A stretch of 64,000 nucleotides of DNA from Lingula anatina (taxonomy: Eukaryota; Animalia; Brachiopoda). The stretch is from NCBI GenBank assembly GCA_051362555.1, contig CM120643.1:124001-188000 (forward strand), read 5' to 3'. Below, in pieces: positions 51,323-64,000 of this stretch (position 1 is its first letter; each line of letters starts with the position of its first letter). A program made the translations under genes and the position numbers. The notes beneath the pieces are model-generated. The model saw only the letters and a program-made list of their open reading frames with translations, did not search any database and was not told the DNA's origin.

Positions 51323-54300
51323 TTAATTTCATCTCTTTTACAAATATTTAATATGCTAATTAATTGTAAAGACTTGGTGACCTTTGGTGAGTCGTTTTAA
51401 TTTTATGGACAATTTTACCTACGTGGAAATCATCGTGGAACATCAGAATCTTGAGAGTTGAGGGGGTGCTCGTTATAAATGTCACAAATAATATAAAATA
51501 TGGAAATCTTTACCGGAAATTGTGCATTTTTTGTACCATTAGACATGTAAGATACAGTATCTGAAAAAAACATTGTTCAGGATAGTTTTCAGATATGAGT
51601 GATCGTTTGTAAACAAAAACACGTGGGGATGAAGGTGGAACAACATTTGACCAAGACTGTACGACACATGATTATTGTAACATTTTATATTTTAGCTGGG
51701 CAACCTCAACATCATCCATAACAGTGTGAAGAAGGATCGACGGGTGAGGCAAGAACTCAGAAAGCACCTTGAAGGCCTTAATGAATACCTGACAAAGTTG
51801 CCTCCGAATAAAACTGACAACCTTAATAAAGAGTTGATGCCATCCACCGTGGACGAAGTTGTGCAGAACTTGCTTCGTGAAGCAGATTCACCGGCTAGCG
51901 CTATCCTTGTCGCCGGTAAGTGAAATAACTTTGTTATTACATGTCTTTTCAGAGAGGCATGGACAATATATTCCAACTGTAAATAGTATATATTGCTTAT
52001 TTAAGGGAAATCTTGATTTGATTGCATATGTTCATGTATATTGTTTATGCCAGTAAAAGAAAACAACCATGACTCAGCTTTCGCTATTACAAGTATTATC
52101 ATTTTAGTAAATTTTAAAATCAATATAAAACACTATTATATAAAAAGGGCTCACGTGCTGCATACTGCACTTGGACATGGTAACACTCAAATCGATATGT
52201 GGTACATTTCCGGAATCAAAGTTAATGTAGTTATTGAAGATATGTGGTACATTTCCGGAATCAAAGTTAATGTAGTTATTGAAGATATGTGGTACATTAC
52301 CGGAATCAAAGTTAATGTAGTTATTGAAGATTTGTGGAGTTTTGGTTGCATTGTGATGTATCCTAGGTATAAGTAAAGTTAACAAATAGCAATAAGACTG
52401 CAACATGGTTCCAATATAGTTGTTTTGTCTCCACTAGTGGGGTTAACCAGCTCCGAAATTCTGCCGCTAGATGGCGTGGAAGCACTTTCAGTACTACTAA
52501 AATCTCGCGTTTCACACCATAGTTTTACAGGTATTGTTAACATGCGACACTGCTGTATATATACTCACTTTAAGGCAAATTATTCAAATGTGGTCCCCGT
52601 GACAACGAGAAAAAAAAGGCGAATTGAATAATATACAGTGTCGTCACTATATATATTTACCAACAATGGAAATAAAATCGTTATACATAGCTGACTTAGT
52701 TTCTGTTCACATATCTCAAATGGTGACATTGACGATTTCACGTACCTTTTTCACATGAATCCATTTCAACATTGAAATTCAGTCGTTGTTTTTTTTTCTG
52801 AAAAGTTTATTTGAGTAATTATATCTTAAGAAGTTATTTCAGCATGACATGTAGCCATCTATCGAGGTCACGTGGTTTGATGGCAAGCACAGATTCCAGA
52901 ATAATTACGAAAAAGACCGTTTGGTTGTAAGATAGAATTTATTTTATTGCTGCGAGTTAATTTTTGTTTACAGTGTATTGCTTGTGAAATATGGATCTCA
53001 TCCGAAGAATTTTTATCCCTTTAATTTTCCGACAACAAGACAGACTAAATCTATAATGAAAATGACACTAAAATTTTAAAAAATTAGTTAAAATATTGTA
53101 AAAATTATTTTTATGAGAATAGTAAAACGTAAATTCAATTAATTTTTTTCAAAATCAGTAAAAACGCACTTTTTTGTTTACGTATAAAATGAGCGATTTT
53201 CTGTGCATTCATTTTAATAAATGACAAAGGCTATGTGCTTTACTGCAAGGACTAAAAGCTTTTTATATTTCTCTGAATTTACACAAAATGTCAAAAGTCA
53301 CATTAATATATTCCTTCCTACTTTCCTTTTACCTTGAGAAAATATAAGTTCATGTGTCAGAAACCTTAGCACACAAAATAAACCGGGTGAGATATTATCT
53401 TGGCTGTCTAGGGATGAAAACATAGATACGTGACCCCTACGATCTTTTATCATTAAACCAGGGTACCAAGGGTGTTTTATCTTTGTGCACACACGGTTGG
53501 TGGCAATCCTTTATTGAAGACGAAGTCCTGAATTCTAGTGAAACTGATTCCCACCTTGTCGATTTTAACATCCAGTTATGCAGCAAATATTTTGGCATGT
53601 TAAAGGGGATTCGGCACATTAACAAAATGTTTTGCACGTTGCATATTCTTCAGAAAACGTGGTCAAATAACGATGTACATATCGATATATACAAACTCTT
53701 AAATGTCATCATTTCCTGCAGACGAGGAGGAAAATTCGTGTCCTGAAAATAAAGGATGGTAATGGAATGTAGCTTTGTTGACAGTTGTGTGACGCTCGAA
53801 TATACTGTAGCGATTGGGGGGGGGGGGGGGGGGGGGGGGATAACACCAGGCTCGACCGGGATTTGAACCCGGGACGCTTGCAAAGCTTGCGACTGCTCTC
53901 CCAACTGAGCCCGTGCCAATCCCGGTCAGCTACTACAATACAAACAAAATGGATTTTTTTTTTATGTCGAAAGCCATTTTTTTTTTTTTTTTTTTGCATT
54001 AACAGCAATACACTTTTCTTACCCAAGTAGTTTAACTATTATCCAATGCACTGAGACATATAACCTGTGGTGGAATTAGAGTGGGAGGGGGGACAGGAGT
54101 GTCCGGTCCCCCCCTTCGGTTTCTGAAAAATATATCACACCAATATTCCCCATATTGAAATTGAATTTTGCCTAGCTAAATCATAGTTCTAAACCGTACC
54201 AGAAGGCATTGTTTTCTCTCCAAAACCCATATCCATTAGTATTTTTTTTTTATACTGGTAGCGTTTATAATTTTATGGGTAATCGATTTTCAGTTTAGTT

Positions 54301-57300
54301 GTAATAAAGTCTACAGGTCAAGTGATGTGCCTCTAAAACTAGTAAACTTGTGTTTACCGTGTCACTTCCTCTTTAAAGTTGAACATTTCTAGTACACACA
54401 CTGGACAAAAGAAGTGTCACCCCCTAACTCAGAGTAATAAAAGTAGGCAGATCTTGGGTACTTATAATGCCTGGTCTACTTATAATGTGACTAATGAGTA
54501 TAAAACCGCTATACCATGGAATTGTATTGTTGGTCTTGTACATGTACATCAAATGTTATTCCTGTCTTCCTCCAATATGGCAAGATACAGGCAATTATCT
54601 AACAGTTATAGGTGCAAGTTATTAACCTGAAGAGGCGGAATATAAGCAATGTCAGAATATCGATACAATCGAATTGTTCAGTCAGAACCGTGCAGAGGGT
54701 CTTGTCTCAGTATAGAAACACTGGATCAAGAGACAAATTGCCTCTGATGGGTCGTCCAAGAAAAAATACTGACCGTGAAGACCGACGACTAATTTTGATG
54801 TCCAGGTTGTCAAAGTTCGACACTGCTTGTCAGTTGACAACACAGTGGAACAATTTCACACATAAGAATGTGTCTGTGAAAATTGCTAGGCGTCGGTTAC
54901 ATGCTCAGAGAGTGTACATCAGGGTAGCAAGACTGAAACCTCTTATACCGTTACAAAACAGGCAACGTAGAGTAAACTAGGGTCAACAGGATCTGGAACT
55001 GGACAGTTCATGACAATTGGTCCTATATATTTTTTTCTAATGAGTGTCGCTTTGGTCTGACCTCTGATGACAGACGGGTACTATGCTGGCAAACTGCTGG
55101 TAAAGCATTTGAACCACATGCACTGAATTTTCGAACCCGGAGCAGCATATTCATCATGGTGTGGGGCTGCATCGGCATCCATGGCTTGGGCGAATTTATA
55201 GTGGTTAATGGAAACATGAATCACTAGAAATATATCGATGTTTTGGAGTCAGGCTTGCTACCATCTATTACTAACATGTTTGGTGACAGGAATTATCCAT
55301 TTGTTCACCAGGATGACAATGCTCCTTGTCACAGGCCCAGAGCAGTTGATGATTGGTTTGACCAACTGGACATTCGCAGGAGGATGTGGCCTGCCCAGAG
55401 TCCGGATGTTAACATAATAGAAAATGTGTGGAATGATATGTCAAAACTTTTTACAAATGTCCGTCTAACCAGCAGAGAAACTGATATATTCAGTGTTTCA
55501 TGCTTGGGCCAGCATAAGCCCTGAACGCATCAGACAATTATATGAATCCTTGCTTCGTAGACTGGCACCTATTATTAGGTCACGTGGCTATGCCACTAAG
55601 TACTAATTTTGGACCTGAAACTGCATATTATGGTAGAATGTATATTTTGTTCTCATTTTATGATTTTTTGTGAAATTTGATGTTAATAAAATGATACCAG
55701 GAGCATATCATTCCACAGTCATTTATCTCCCCCATAGTATTGTCTCAGTAGGGGTGACACTTCTTTTGTCCAGTGTGTGTACATTTAGTATGTAACGGAC
55801 AAAATGGCGGCTGTAGGACTGAAAGCGCAACAGCAGGCTGGTATATTATATTATATTATATTATATTATATTATATTATATTATATTATGTGCAAAACCA
55901 CTTCCTGTGTTTAGGAGAAACATCTGCAGGAAAGAGTTCTCTCATCAACCTTCTCCTTGGAGAGGAAGTTCTCCCGACCTCCTTCATAAGTAATACGTCG
56001 GTAATCTGCGAGATCAAATACGACACCCAGAAGAGAGCGGACGTCTACAGATTCGGTTCAGATACACCTGACGTCACTTTTCCCCTGGAAAAGACAAAGT
56101 CCGTGGAACAACTGAAGCCATACCTGACCCAAACTGACAGCAGCCGTGATGTGGAGGTCTTCAAATATGAGAGAGTTGAAATATTTTGGCCATTGGATCT
56201 ACTAAAGGTACGTATAGTAAATTAATTTCAGATTCTTTGGTCATATGCCGCATGATAAATTTAGATATTTACTGCAACTAGCTTATCTGTTTAACGCATG
56301 GAGACACCTGTCATTACATTTATTACATATTTTATGAGACACAAAAAAGGTAATTGAATGCAGATGAATGACTACTCATCTAAGCACAAAAATACTACCG
56401 TTTTTATACTACTGGTTATACCTTAGATAATAACTTCATGTAACACCTTAGATACTAACTAATACCTTAGATAACAACTTACACAAGGCTTAGATACTAA
56501 CTAATAATACCAGCTTAGCATTAGTGAAAAATAACTGCAGAGTAATCCTCTGGAGGAAATACCAGTTTGTTATCGTTTTTGTATTATAATTTTCAAGAAT
56601 GTTTATCATATACCTATATAGTGCTTTGAAATGAAATAATATGCACTTCATAATTAAGAAAAATGCATACTGTCATCATTATTTTAATACTCTTAGCCGG
56701 CAGACACAAAAGGTAACCTTAGCTTCTTATACATGTATATCTGCTCTGCTCCTATCAGAGGTCTCAATCATTGCTTGTTATAAACCTGCTATTTATTAGA
56801 AAAATATAATAATGAACCTTGAACCGAAACCGTTCGTCTTCTAGCACTCCGTATTCTTGGTGGATAGTCCAGGTGTTGGGGAAAACCAGAGAATGACCAA
56901 CCTCGTTAAAAGCTACATACCCAAAGCATCCGCCTTCATCTATGTTATTAACAGTATGAACGCAGGAGGAGTACAGGAGGGAAGGGTAGGTGTAACTGAC
57001 GTGTAACTTTATATGTCAAGGCAAATACTGGCCGATTAATAATGTATCAATTTTACTGTAACTTCTGCCACAACTTTCTTTTCAGGGCAAAAGTAAATTT
57101 TGGGCGAATATACTAAATATTATGTATTGGTTTAAATAGAATTTAAAAAGCTACTATTCTTTCTTATCCCATCAAAGTATAGAACTAATCTTTGAAGATA
57201 AGTTAATATACGGATACAATGAAAAATGATCATTTTGGGTCGGTATATTCTATCCAAAATTCTTGTTGTGTAGCGAAGGTTTTGTGGTTACACAGTTACA

Positions 57301-60300
57301 CAGTCATGAGATGTGTGAAGCCATGATTGTCTGTTCTTTTTACTTTTACAGTTGAAAAAACTACTAGAAACTGCTGTGAAAAACTCACATAAGGGTGCTC
57401 AGGATCGAAGTGTGTTTGATCCAGCGTCTAGCATATTTGTGTTAAATCGATGGGACCAGGTCGACGCAGACAACAAAAAAGCTGTTTTTGATGACACACT
57501 TAAAAAGCTGAAGAACATCAGCACAAAGTTTCATGAAGGTCAATTATTTCCTATGGCCACAACTCAAGTACGTTACATTTGATTTCTCTAAGTGCAGTTA
57601 TCATAGTTTTAATGTTGTATTCTAATTACATTTTACCTACATGTATATCTACATGTGTCGAAACGCGTCTTCTAAGTTGTATATTTTACATAACAGCATT
57701 TGCGATGATGTTGTAATTGACCTTTTCACTTTGTAAAATCGGTGCAAAACGAAATATATTGTTATGTGCCCTTCGTATATAATTCGTAGCATCATATAAA
57801 GACAATGGATTTGATTTTGAAATGTTTATTTTACATACTAAAGGCCTAAGCTACTAGTACAACTAGTGGCTACTAGTACATGAACACTGTGGACATGTGA
57901 TATATATGTTTAATGAATCATCATTTATATAAACCACAGATTACAGTAAAATTACAATCGGTCTTCAGATCAGAAATACGATAATCAGCTCTTCTTAACT
58001 GGACATTTCAGGCCTACAGCGCATTACAACAGGACGTCGTAAATCCGGACTATGCAGCATTGCTTCATGGCATAGAACTTCTGATCCCCAGGACCCAGAG
58101 GGTTAAACAGGAGACCATATACAGGTATGCATTGGCAATTATTTTCCTCAGCATTATCTCGGTATAATTTGCCGTTTGATCTCTAAAGCTGTCTTTCAGC
58201 CTAGTGCATTTACCTCTGTTCTTGACAAACAGTGTTGATTCCCCATGGATTGAAGTTGAATATTCTGAATGTTTTACCGTCATTTCAGGAGAGCGACGTA
58301 CCTTCTGCAACGCTCATCTTTCCATCTGCATTCCACAATACGCCAGAAAAGAAACTCCATGAGTCAGGACGAACGCTTAAGAGACATTCTGTCACAGCAG
58401 CTGCAGATTCTGGAGCGCCAACACGGGAAAGAGGTAGACGAGATCAATGCCGCCGTTATTAAGGCAAGTGAAGACGCGGCAAGAGAAATACTAGGTCTTC
58501 TTAAAAATGGAAGCATACGAGAGGCCATTCTGCGCTTTGAAGGTGAAGACTTTCCCGACTGCAAATCAGGCAGCCAGTGGTCAGCATTCTACAAAGCAGC
58601 AAAAGAAGCCACAAATAGGAAAATAAACACTGAGGTAGACAAATGGCTGACACAGAAACATTACTTTGAAAATATCCGCAATCAACTTTGGGAGGATATC
58701 GCTAGCAAATACCAATTATTAGAACACCAACAAAACTTGATAGAAGCCCAGATAGCTTATAATTATGGAGAGTCGGAGGAGGTTGGCGGAGGAGATAACA
58801 CCACTGCGTTGCAAATCAACGAAAGCATAGGACCAAATATACGGATCAATAAAACCCAGAAGGTTCTCGTGGCAGCTACTGCACCTCTGTGGATCCCTGT
58901 TGGTCTCGTGGCGTCCGTGTTTCTTATCCCTGCAGTGTCAGCATATGCCATTAAGGACAAAGTAAGCTCCGTCAGGTACAATAAAGATAAATCAAAAGCA
59001 ATGCATTCTATTGCTGAAAAACAGATTGCCAAGTGCTGTGAAAAGGAGAACCATTTGGCAAAGAAAATTGAAGAAATGTTGAGATCCCAGCTGAAGCCAT
59101 TGTTTGAGTCTTATAACATGATCAAACAGATTGTCCAGGTTGACGTGGAGCTGTTAAAAGAGCAAGCACTGTTTCACAGCGAAGAAACTGCTCGAATCTA
59201 CGACTGTTGCAAGGAAAATAGGCGCATTACATCTAGATTTGACATTCTGTACATTGCGGCAATACGGGACTACTGCATCGCATACACAGACATCTGCTGG
59301 GGGGAGAGGGTCGCGAGCGGGATGTTTGGAGATGTGCGCAAGGCGACACACGAGCAAGAAGATGTTGCTGTGAAGGAGATGAAGTGTTCATTTTCGGCCT
59401 TCGATTACACTGATAGCGACTCCAGGAGGTAAGAACGAGACCAAATTGATATTCTAAACTCGAACGTTTGGGTTTTTTAGTGCATCGAAAAAGAAACAAC
59501 CACTGCACCTGTACAAGTAGAGTTTTTTTATAACCGAGTACTTAAGATGAGAAGTAGCCTATATGTGAGACTATAAAGAACTAGTGTATACTGCAGTGTA
59601 GGACATGTCAATCATCTACCGTATATAAGGTGTGTAAAGAGATAACCATTGTGTGTGTTCATACATGCCCCTCTTCTTATTGCAGAGCCAGTGATTTCTT
59701 GAATGAAGAAGAAGCATTAAGGTAATCTCAACTCATTTGTCATGCTTACATGTACAAAGATTGACTGACCCAGGTTATAGTTTATCTCGGGCTGCTGATA
59801 GTTATAAAAGTAAACAGTCTCCAGCCATATTGGTTGATGTCCTCATTGTGGACTTGGTTGCAGGTATCGGTGACGACTATGAAAACAAAGCATTTGCTCG
59901 TTACAGAGTTAATAAAAAGGTTGTGTGGTAACGCAGATGTAAACTTGCAGCGTATCTAGCCTATATAATACCCGATGCTGACAGAGTGAATGTTGTGATT
60001 CTCCTCGTCGTGTTTTAACTTATTATATATATATATACAGACTTGACATTTAATATGGAATATTTTTTTCCAAATCATAATTCATCAGTTTTTTTTCCTA
60101 TTTTGCTGACTGATAAATGAAAATAAGGATTAAAATCGTGTTTTAATAACTTTTGAAAATCTATTCGATGTCAGTGTGACATCAGTTCATTAACTGAATT
60201 CGCCAGTGAAGCATACAAAAATACATTGCCTATTTTAAGTCATACGACAACCATTGAAAGCGATATTTTGGATCTCCATATTTTCCAAATTATTGTCTAT

Positions 60301-63300
60301 AAAAGAGTTACACGTCCCACAAAGGCCCCCCATGTCAGTCTCTAGTCACAGCAACAGTCGCTGTTACGCTTTACCTCATCTTGCTGCTACCAGAGGTTTC
60401 AAGCCGCAAGGTATTCCTTATGATAGGTTTTTAGAGTTCAATCTGAAATAAAATCCGGGCAACGGTTAAAACTTGTCCAATTTGGCTCAGTTTTGTTGTA
60501 GGACATGCAGGCCGTTGATACGGCGAGTAATGACCAACCGACATATTGGCTATGTGGTTCAATTATGGCGATTTTGATGACCAAGGTAGCTACTCATTCC
60601 CTTGGTTCTGTAAGTTATCTGCTATTAAAAGTCCTCTGTGTGAACCGGCAATCTCATCGTGCAACCTAAAATTGTTCCTAAGTTGCCCCCTATCAAATGA
60701 TAGTCAAGTGGTTCCCAGATTATTCCTTTATTTGATCTGGTTCAGGTTTTCATCGATGACTACTATTGGTGTTTTGGCACCAATGTGGTATCCACTCCAA
60801 ATACTGACACTGTCAATGACCCTGGTCACTTAAGAAGTGGCACACGTTTCGTCGTAGGCCTCTTCAGGATGTCTGTAAACTCTGTTTTGACCAGTTTAGC
60901 GGTACAGGTGAAGTTTGACCCCAATAAAGAAAGCCACGCGGTTTCAGTGTTCTACCCAGAAACGGTCATGGTCCCCAATTCATTAGAGAACCAGACTGCG
61001 CTGTTTTGTTGTTTACAGTGGCTTCCTCAGAGGTCATCTGGTATCTTAACCTGCTGAAACCAGTTTGGTGTACGATAAGAGCCTTGAAAAACGCGTTTTG
61101 GTGACAATTTACCCCTCATTCAAAACGGACTGGGTGGTTTTGGTTTAATTGCAGCAGCATATCCTGAAGGACAGTGAGTCCTGTACCCTGGTGGTAATAC
61201 GCCAATGCATTGGGCGTGGTCTCTGTGTAGGTACATCAGTCTGGGCATTACTCTATAAAACTGTATAGACCATTCCGTTTGACACAATAATCTGTCTGGC
61301 AATGTCTGTGCTTTTTGCGCCATTCTGGCACAGCTTAACAATTTTGTAAAACACTGCTTACTTCATTTTACGCACTGCAAAACCGACCTCTTGCATACAA
61401 AATTTCAAATTCGTCTATGCAGTAGTTGCCGATATATGGATACTTTTTTGACAGAACCATGCTTCGCCAAAGCCAAGCTTTGACCAGCCCAAAGGAGCAC
61501 TGCCCAATTAAATCACTGCATATTACACAAGACAACAGAGCAACAGACTAGGTAGTCAGTTAATTGGCAGCGACACACCTGACTACACACTTCTCCAGTC
61601 AGATGTCTTATATGAGATCTGAATTTTTTGAAAAAAGAACGCATTTTTACCTAGGTATACCTTTAAAACTGAAATATTCCATATTAAATGTCAAGTCTGT
61701 ATATACATATATAAGTAAAGAAAAATTGAATCTGATACTGGATCTTACTTGAAGCGAGTAATCCCGCGTGGGCTGCCACCACGTGACACCAAAGCGTGCA
61801 TGTATGTGGTAAACCATAAGATCAGACGCTAGTCCACCACTACGCCCTAGACCTCGAAATTTTTTAAAAACATGTTTAAAATATATGTTTAAAATCAAAT
61901 ATTTAGCAATTTAACTGTTACTGAACCTTTAGTTATCAAATTCCATTTTGCAGAAAATTAAGCCACAAGAACATCATTGAATATCGCGGGACTGCAGCAC
62001 AGCGGGTTGCCGGCGGCAGTGTGAACGTTGCCATTATCATGGAATACGTCGACTTCACCTTAGCCCAGCGTATCATTGTCCCAAATCAACACAACCAGTT
62101 TGAGGAAAGGCGTAAAACTAACCGTCGCGTCGACCCTCGTTTCTTGACCACCGCGGTGGCGTTCTTTGGCCAACAGATATTCCAGGGTCTTCACTATATC
62201 CACAGACAAGGTTATGCACATAGGGATCTGAAGCCTGAAAACATCTTGGTAAGGTTTTATATGACTTACATTATTATATTGTATTGTTTTATGACCCTCC
62301 CGCGCACTGATGGGCACATAAACATAGGCATATGGTAAAGAAATCTTAATTGGTGTGTCTCCGGTTTATAACAACATGGTGTAGCATGAGTTGCCGAGGA
62401 AAACGTGCTTTTTCGCCTATTTTCACCGACTATTTCATCCAGTGTCTTATGTAAGAAAGGAGTAGCATGGAAGCTACTCGCCCTATTTGTGTTGTGAATA
62501 GACAGTAGCTAAATACAATGCAGACTTATGGTGGACATGCTTAGCCGAAACGTGTAACATTCTTCAGATGGTTGCGCCCCGGCCCTTCCCTAAGTCGCTT
62601 AAGTTGGTTGCAATTAAGCGAGAATCCCCTTGGAGATAGAACAATCTACACTTAGTATATTGAGTCTGGGAATGATAATAAAACTTTCAAATTACCTTCA
62701 ATGTAAATAATAGTTTTACGTTCTAAACCTACTGTTTATTACCTTCAACGAAAAAATAAAGAGAACATTACAAAAATATAATTATCATTAGAATAATCCT
62801 GAAAAAATGTTCAAGATTTAAAAATTTAAAACCAGAATCCACAAAACTATTTTATACTGAAACAATTATTGTTTGTGTGACGTGAGATGGCCCATACATT
62901 TATGTATTAATATTACATATAGTTTATTAATATAATCTAGAATGCGTTAAAGGATTTAATGTTAAACTCATTTAACGGGCAGTCAACCTAAAGACGTGTT
63001 TGGAAACTGTTAAAAGAATAAAAAAAACCTGCTCCTGACAGCTAAATCAATAATCATCTTCATCTAATACGTTTAAATGTTGTTTAAATGTGTGGGTATT
63101 TTATGTTTAAGATCAGTAGAGATGATCAAGTAAAATTGGCAGACGTTGGGCTGTGTAAACCAATCAACGATATTCTCGGCACTACCTGCGGGACTAACCT
63201 TTATATGGCACCGGAAGTGAGAAGAGGTGACATCTATGGTTTTCCGTCAGACATCTTCAGCATGGGGTTGATACTGTGGGAGATGTGGTTTGGGATGAGA

Positions 63301-63492
63301 GCAAACCAGGACATAGCGTTCAGAGATGTCAATGACATGTCAGAATGGCGTCCACAGTTTGAGCAACCTGGACTTACATCACCTCCTCATGATCTGAGAA
63401 GCCTCATTGAAACATGCTGGGTACCCGACCCCCGAAAGCGCTTGAGATCAATGGCCGCAGTAGCGCGGTTGGAAAAGTTAGATAATATGTAA
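48389..63492 (+). CDS. Mitofusin/bacterial-dynamin-like GTPase + hydrophobic hairpin + active Ser/Thr(/Tyr) protein kinase (DSTYK-like architecture), ~1001 aa, 10 exons
   Basis: Exons 48389-48559, 51696-51915, 55915-56207, 56845-56985, 57352-57567, 58012-58124, 58289-59428, 59686-59721, 61954-62248, 63112-63492 (GT-AG, phases consistent, 3006 nt). G1 ILVAG|ETSAGKSS, G3 VDSPGVGE, G4 VLNRWD. Hydrophobic VLVAATAPLWIPVGLVASVFLIPAVSAY. Kinase motifs ASGMFGDV, VAVK, FLNEE, HRDLKPENIL, LADVG, GTNLYMAPE, SDIFSMG, CW..DP.KR. Confidence 0.9.
49640..50265 (+). mobile_element. 3' fragment of a non-LTR retrotransposon (degenerate ORF2 C-terminus)
   Basis: Translates in pieces to ILQDCGLNYIW..Q, FIQKW, ARFRTSNHRLPIEVGRW...RMCILC...VGD.FH..MDC...RKK, followed by an AATAAA/(TGAAA)-like tail. 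Confidence 0.7.
50507..50790. mobile_element. 284-bp MITE
   Basis: TIR CCCGCACGAAAA(T/C)G(C/T)AGTAG with complement CTACTACGTTTTCGTGCGGG. Flanked by TA on both sides. Confidence 0.8.
52194..52337. repeat. 45-bp tandem repeat, ~3 copies
   Basis: Unit GATATGTGGTACATTTCCGGAATCAAAGTTAATGTAGTTATTGAA. Confidence 0.9.
53845..53932 (-). mobile_element. tRNA-derived sequence (SINE head or tRNA pseudogene)
   Basis: Minus strand carries an A-box-like GGCTCAGTTGGGAGAGC and a B-box GGTTCAAATCCC, but no clean cloverleaf acceptor stem. Confidence 0.5.
54395..55779 (+). mobile_element. Full-length but defective Tc1-family transposon (DD34E) in intron 2 of the kinase gene
   Basis: TIR CACACACTGGACAAAAGAAGTGTCACCCC at both ends with TA TSD (54393-4, 55780-1). 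Transposase pieces GRPRK.T.REDR.L, FSNECRF, MVWGCIG, QDDNAPCH, WPAQSPDVNIIENVW, broken by stops and frameshifts. Confidence 0.93.
55842..55888. repeat. (TATTA)n microsatellite
   Basis: About 9 pentamer units upstream of the exon-3 acceptor. Confidence 0.85.
60450..61330 (-). mobile_element. Highly degenerate Tc1-like transposase relic
   Basis: Minus-strand pieces RVYRHPEEAYDETC, SVSIWSGYHIGAKTPIVVIDENLNQIKY, FRLHDEIAGSHR (QDDNAPxH-like) and LPWSSKSP*LNHIAN (WPSxSPDLNPIE-like). Boundaries are approximate. Confidence 0.65.
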
Positions 63493-64000
63493 ATGACATT
63501 GTTTGCCATATGAGCATATACACGCATTAATACATGTACAGACGCATCTTTCACAATATACAGGGTATGATTAATTTTAATTAACGTTAAAACGTTTAAA
63601 CATGACTTTTTAAATTTGACGGAGCGCATCTTGTGCCCCAATTCATTCAGGCGATTTCATTACGACCATACTAGGAATAAATTGTGATCTGTAAAATGGC
63701 TATGGCCTTGTGTAGAACTAGGTGCCCGATTTCATAATTGCATGGGGCCTATAACGACAACAGATATAGTGGCTTTTGATTTTTTCTTGTTCATTTTTTA
63801 CTTTTTGACAGACCATACATTAGTTTTATGTGTGATAATACGAAGGACAATCTTGTACACGTGTACAATGTAGCTCAAGCATTTGGCGTTGTATTTTGTC
63901 AAGGTAAAATAGGGTAATTACAAAATATGGATTTATTGAACGTGTGCTTTGCAAAACATTTTGACAGTTAATCTGAGTATTTCTAACTTTTTATTTTTTA

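Noticed and set aside
49130-51490. Possible TIR pair (GTGACATATAAC / GTTATAAATGTCAC) enclosing a LINE and a MITE
   Set aside because: The match is short and imperfect, with no TSD identified.
53845-53932. Functional tRNA gene
   Set aside because: A and B boxes are present but acceptor and anticodon arms do not form a canonical cloverleaf, so it is treated as SINE-like.

Overview
AT-rich, intron-containing animal genomic DNA, probably a marine invertebrate such as a mollusc (inferred from gene and repeat content). I built five gene models by hand. (1) A single-exon GT61/EOGT-like glycosyltransferase (4329-5732, +) interrupted by one in-frame TGA. (2) A 6-exon, ~1849-aa low-complexity HMG-box protein with a GC-AG intron (12257-20461, +). 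(3) A 5-exon bacterial-type creatinase with a putative mitochondrial presequence (25043-29115, +). (4, 5) A head-to-head pair of paralogous 10-exon genes, each encoding a small N-terminal helical domain, a mitofusin/bacterial-dynamin-like GTPase, a stalk with a hydrophobic hairpin, and a kinase fold. The minus-strand copy (43260-30795) is a pseudokinase; the plus-strand copy (48389-63492) has an intact catalytic kinase. This pair is the best candidate for an undescribed system, possibly a membrane-acting immune module. The rest is tandem arrays (55/56, 33, 96, 60, 49, 37 and 45 bp units), Tc1/mariner relics, MITEs, a foldback element and LINE fragments. The 37-bp intronic satellite is built from DR1 nuclear-receptor-like motifs. 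Exon models were checked for splice-phase consistency but have no transcript support.
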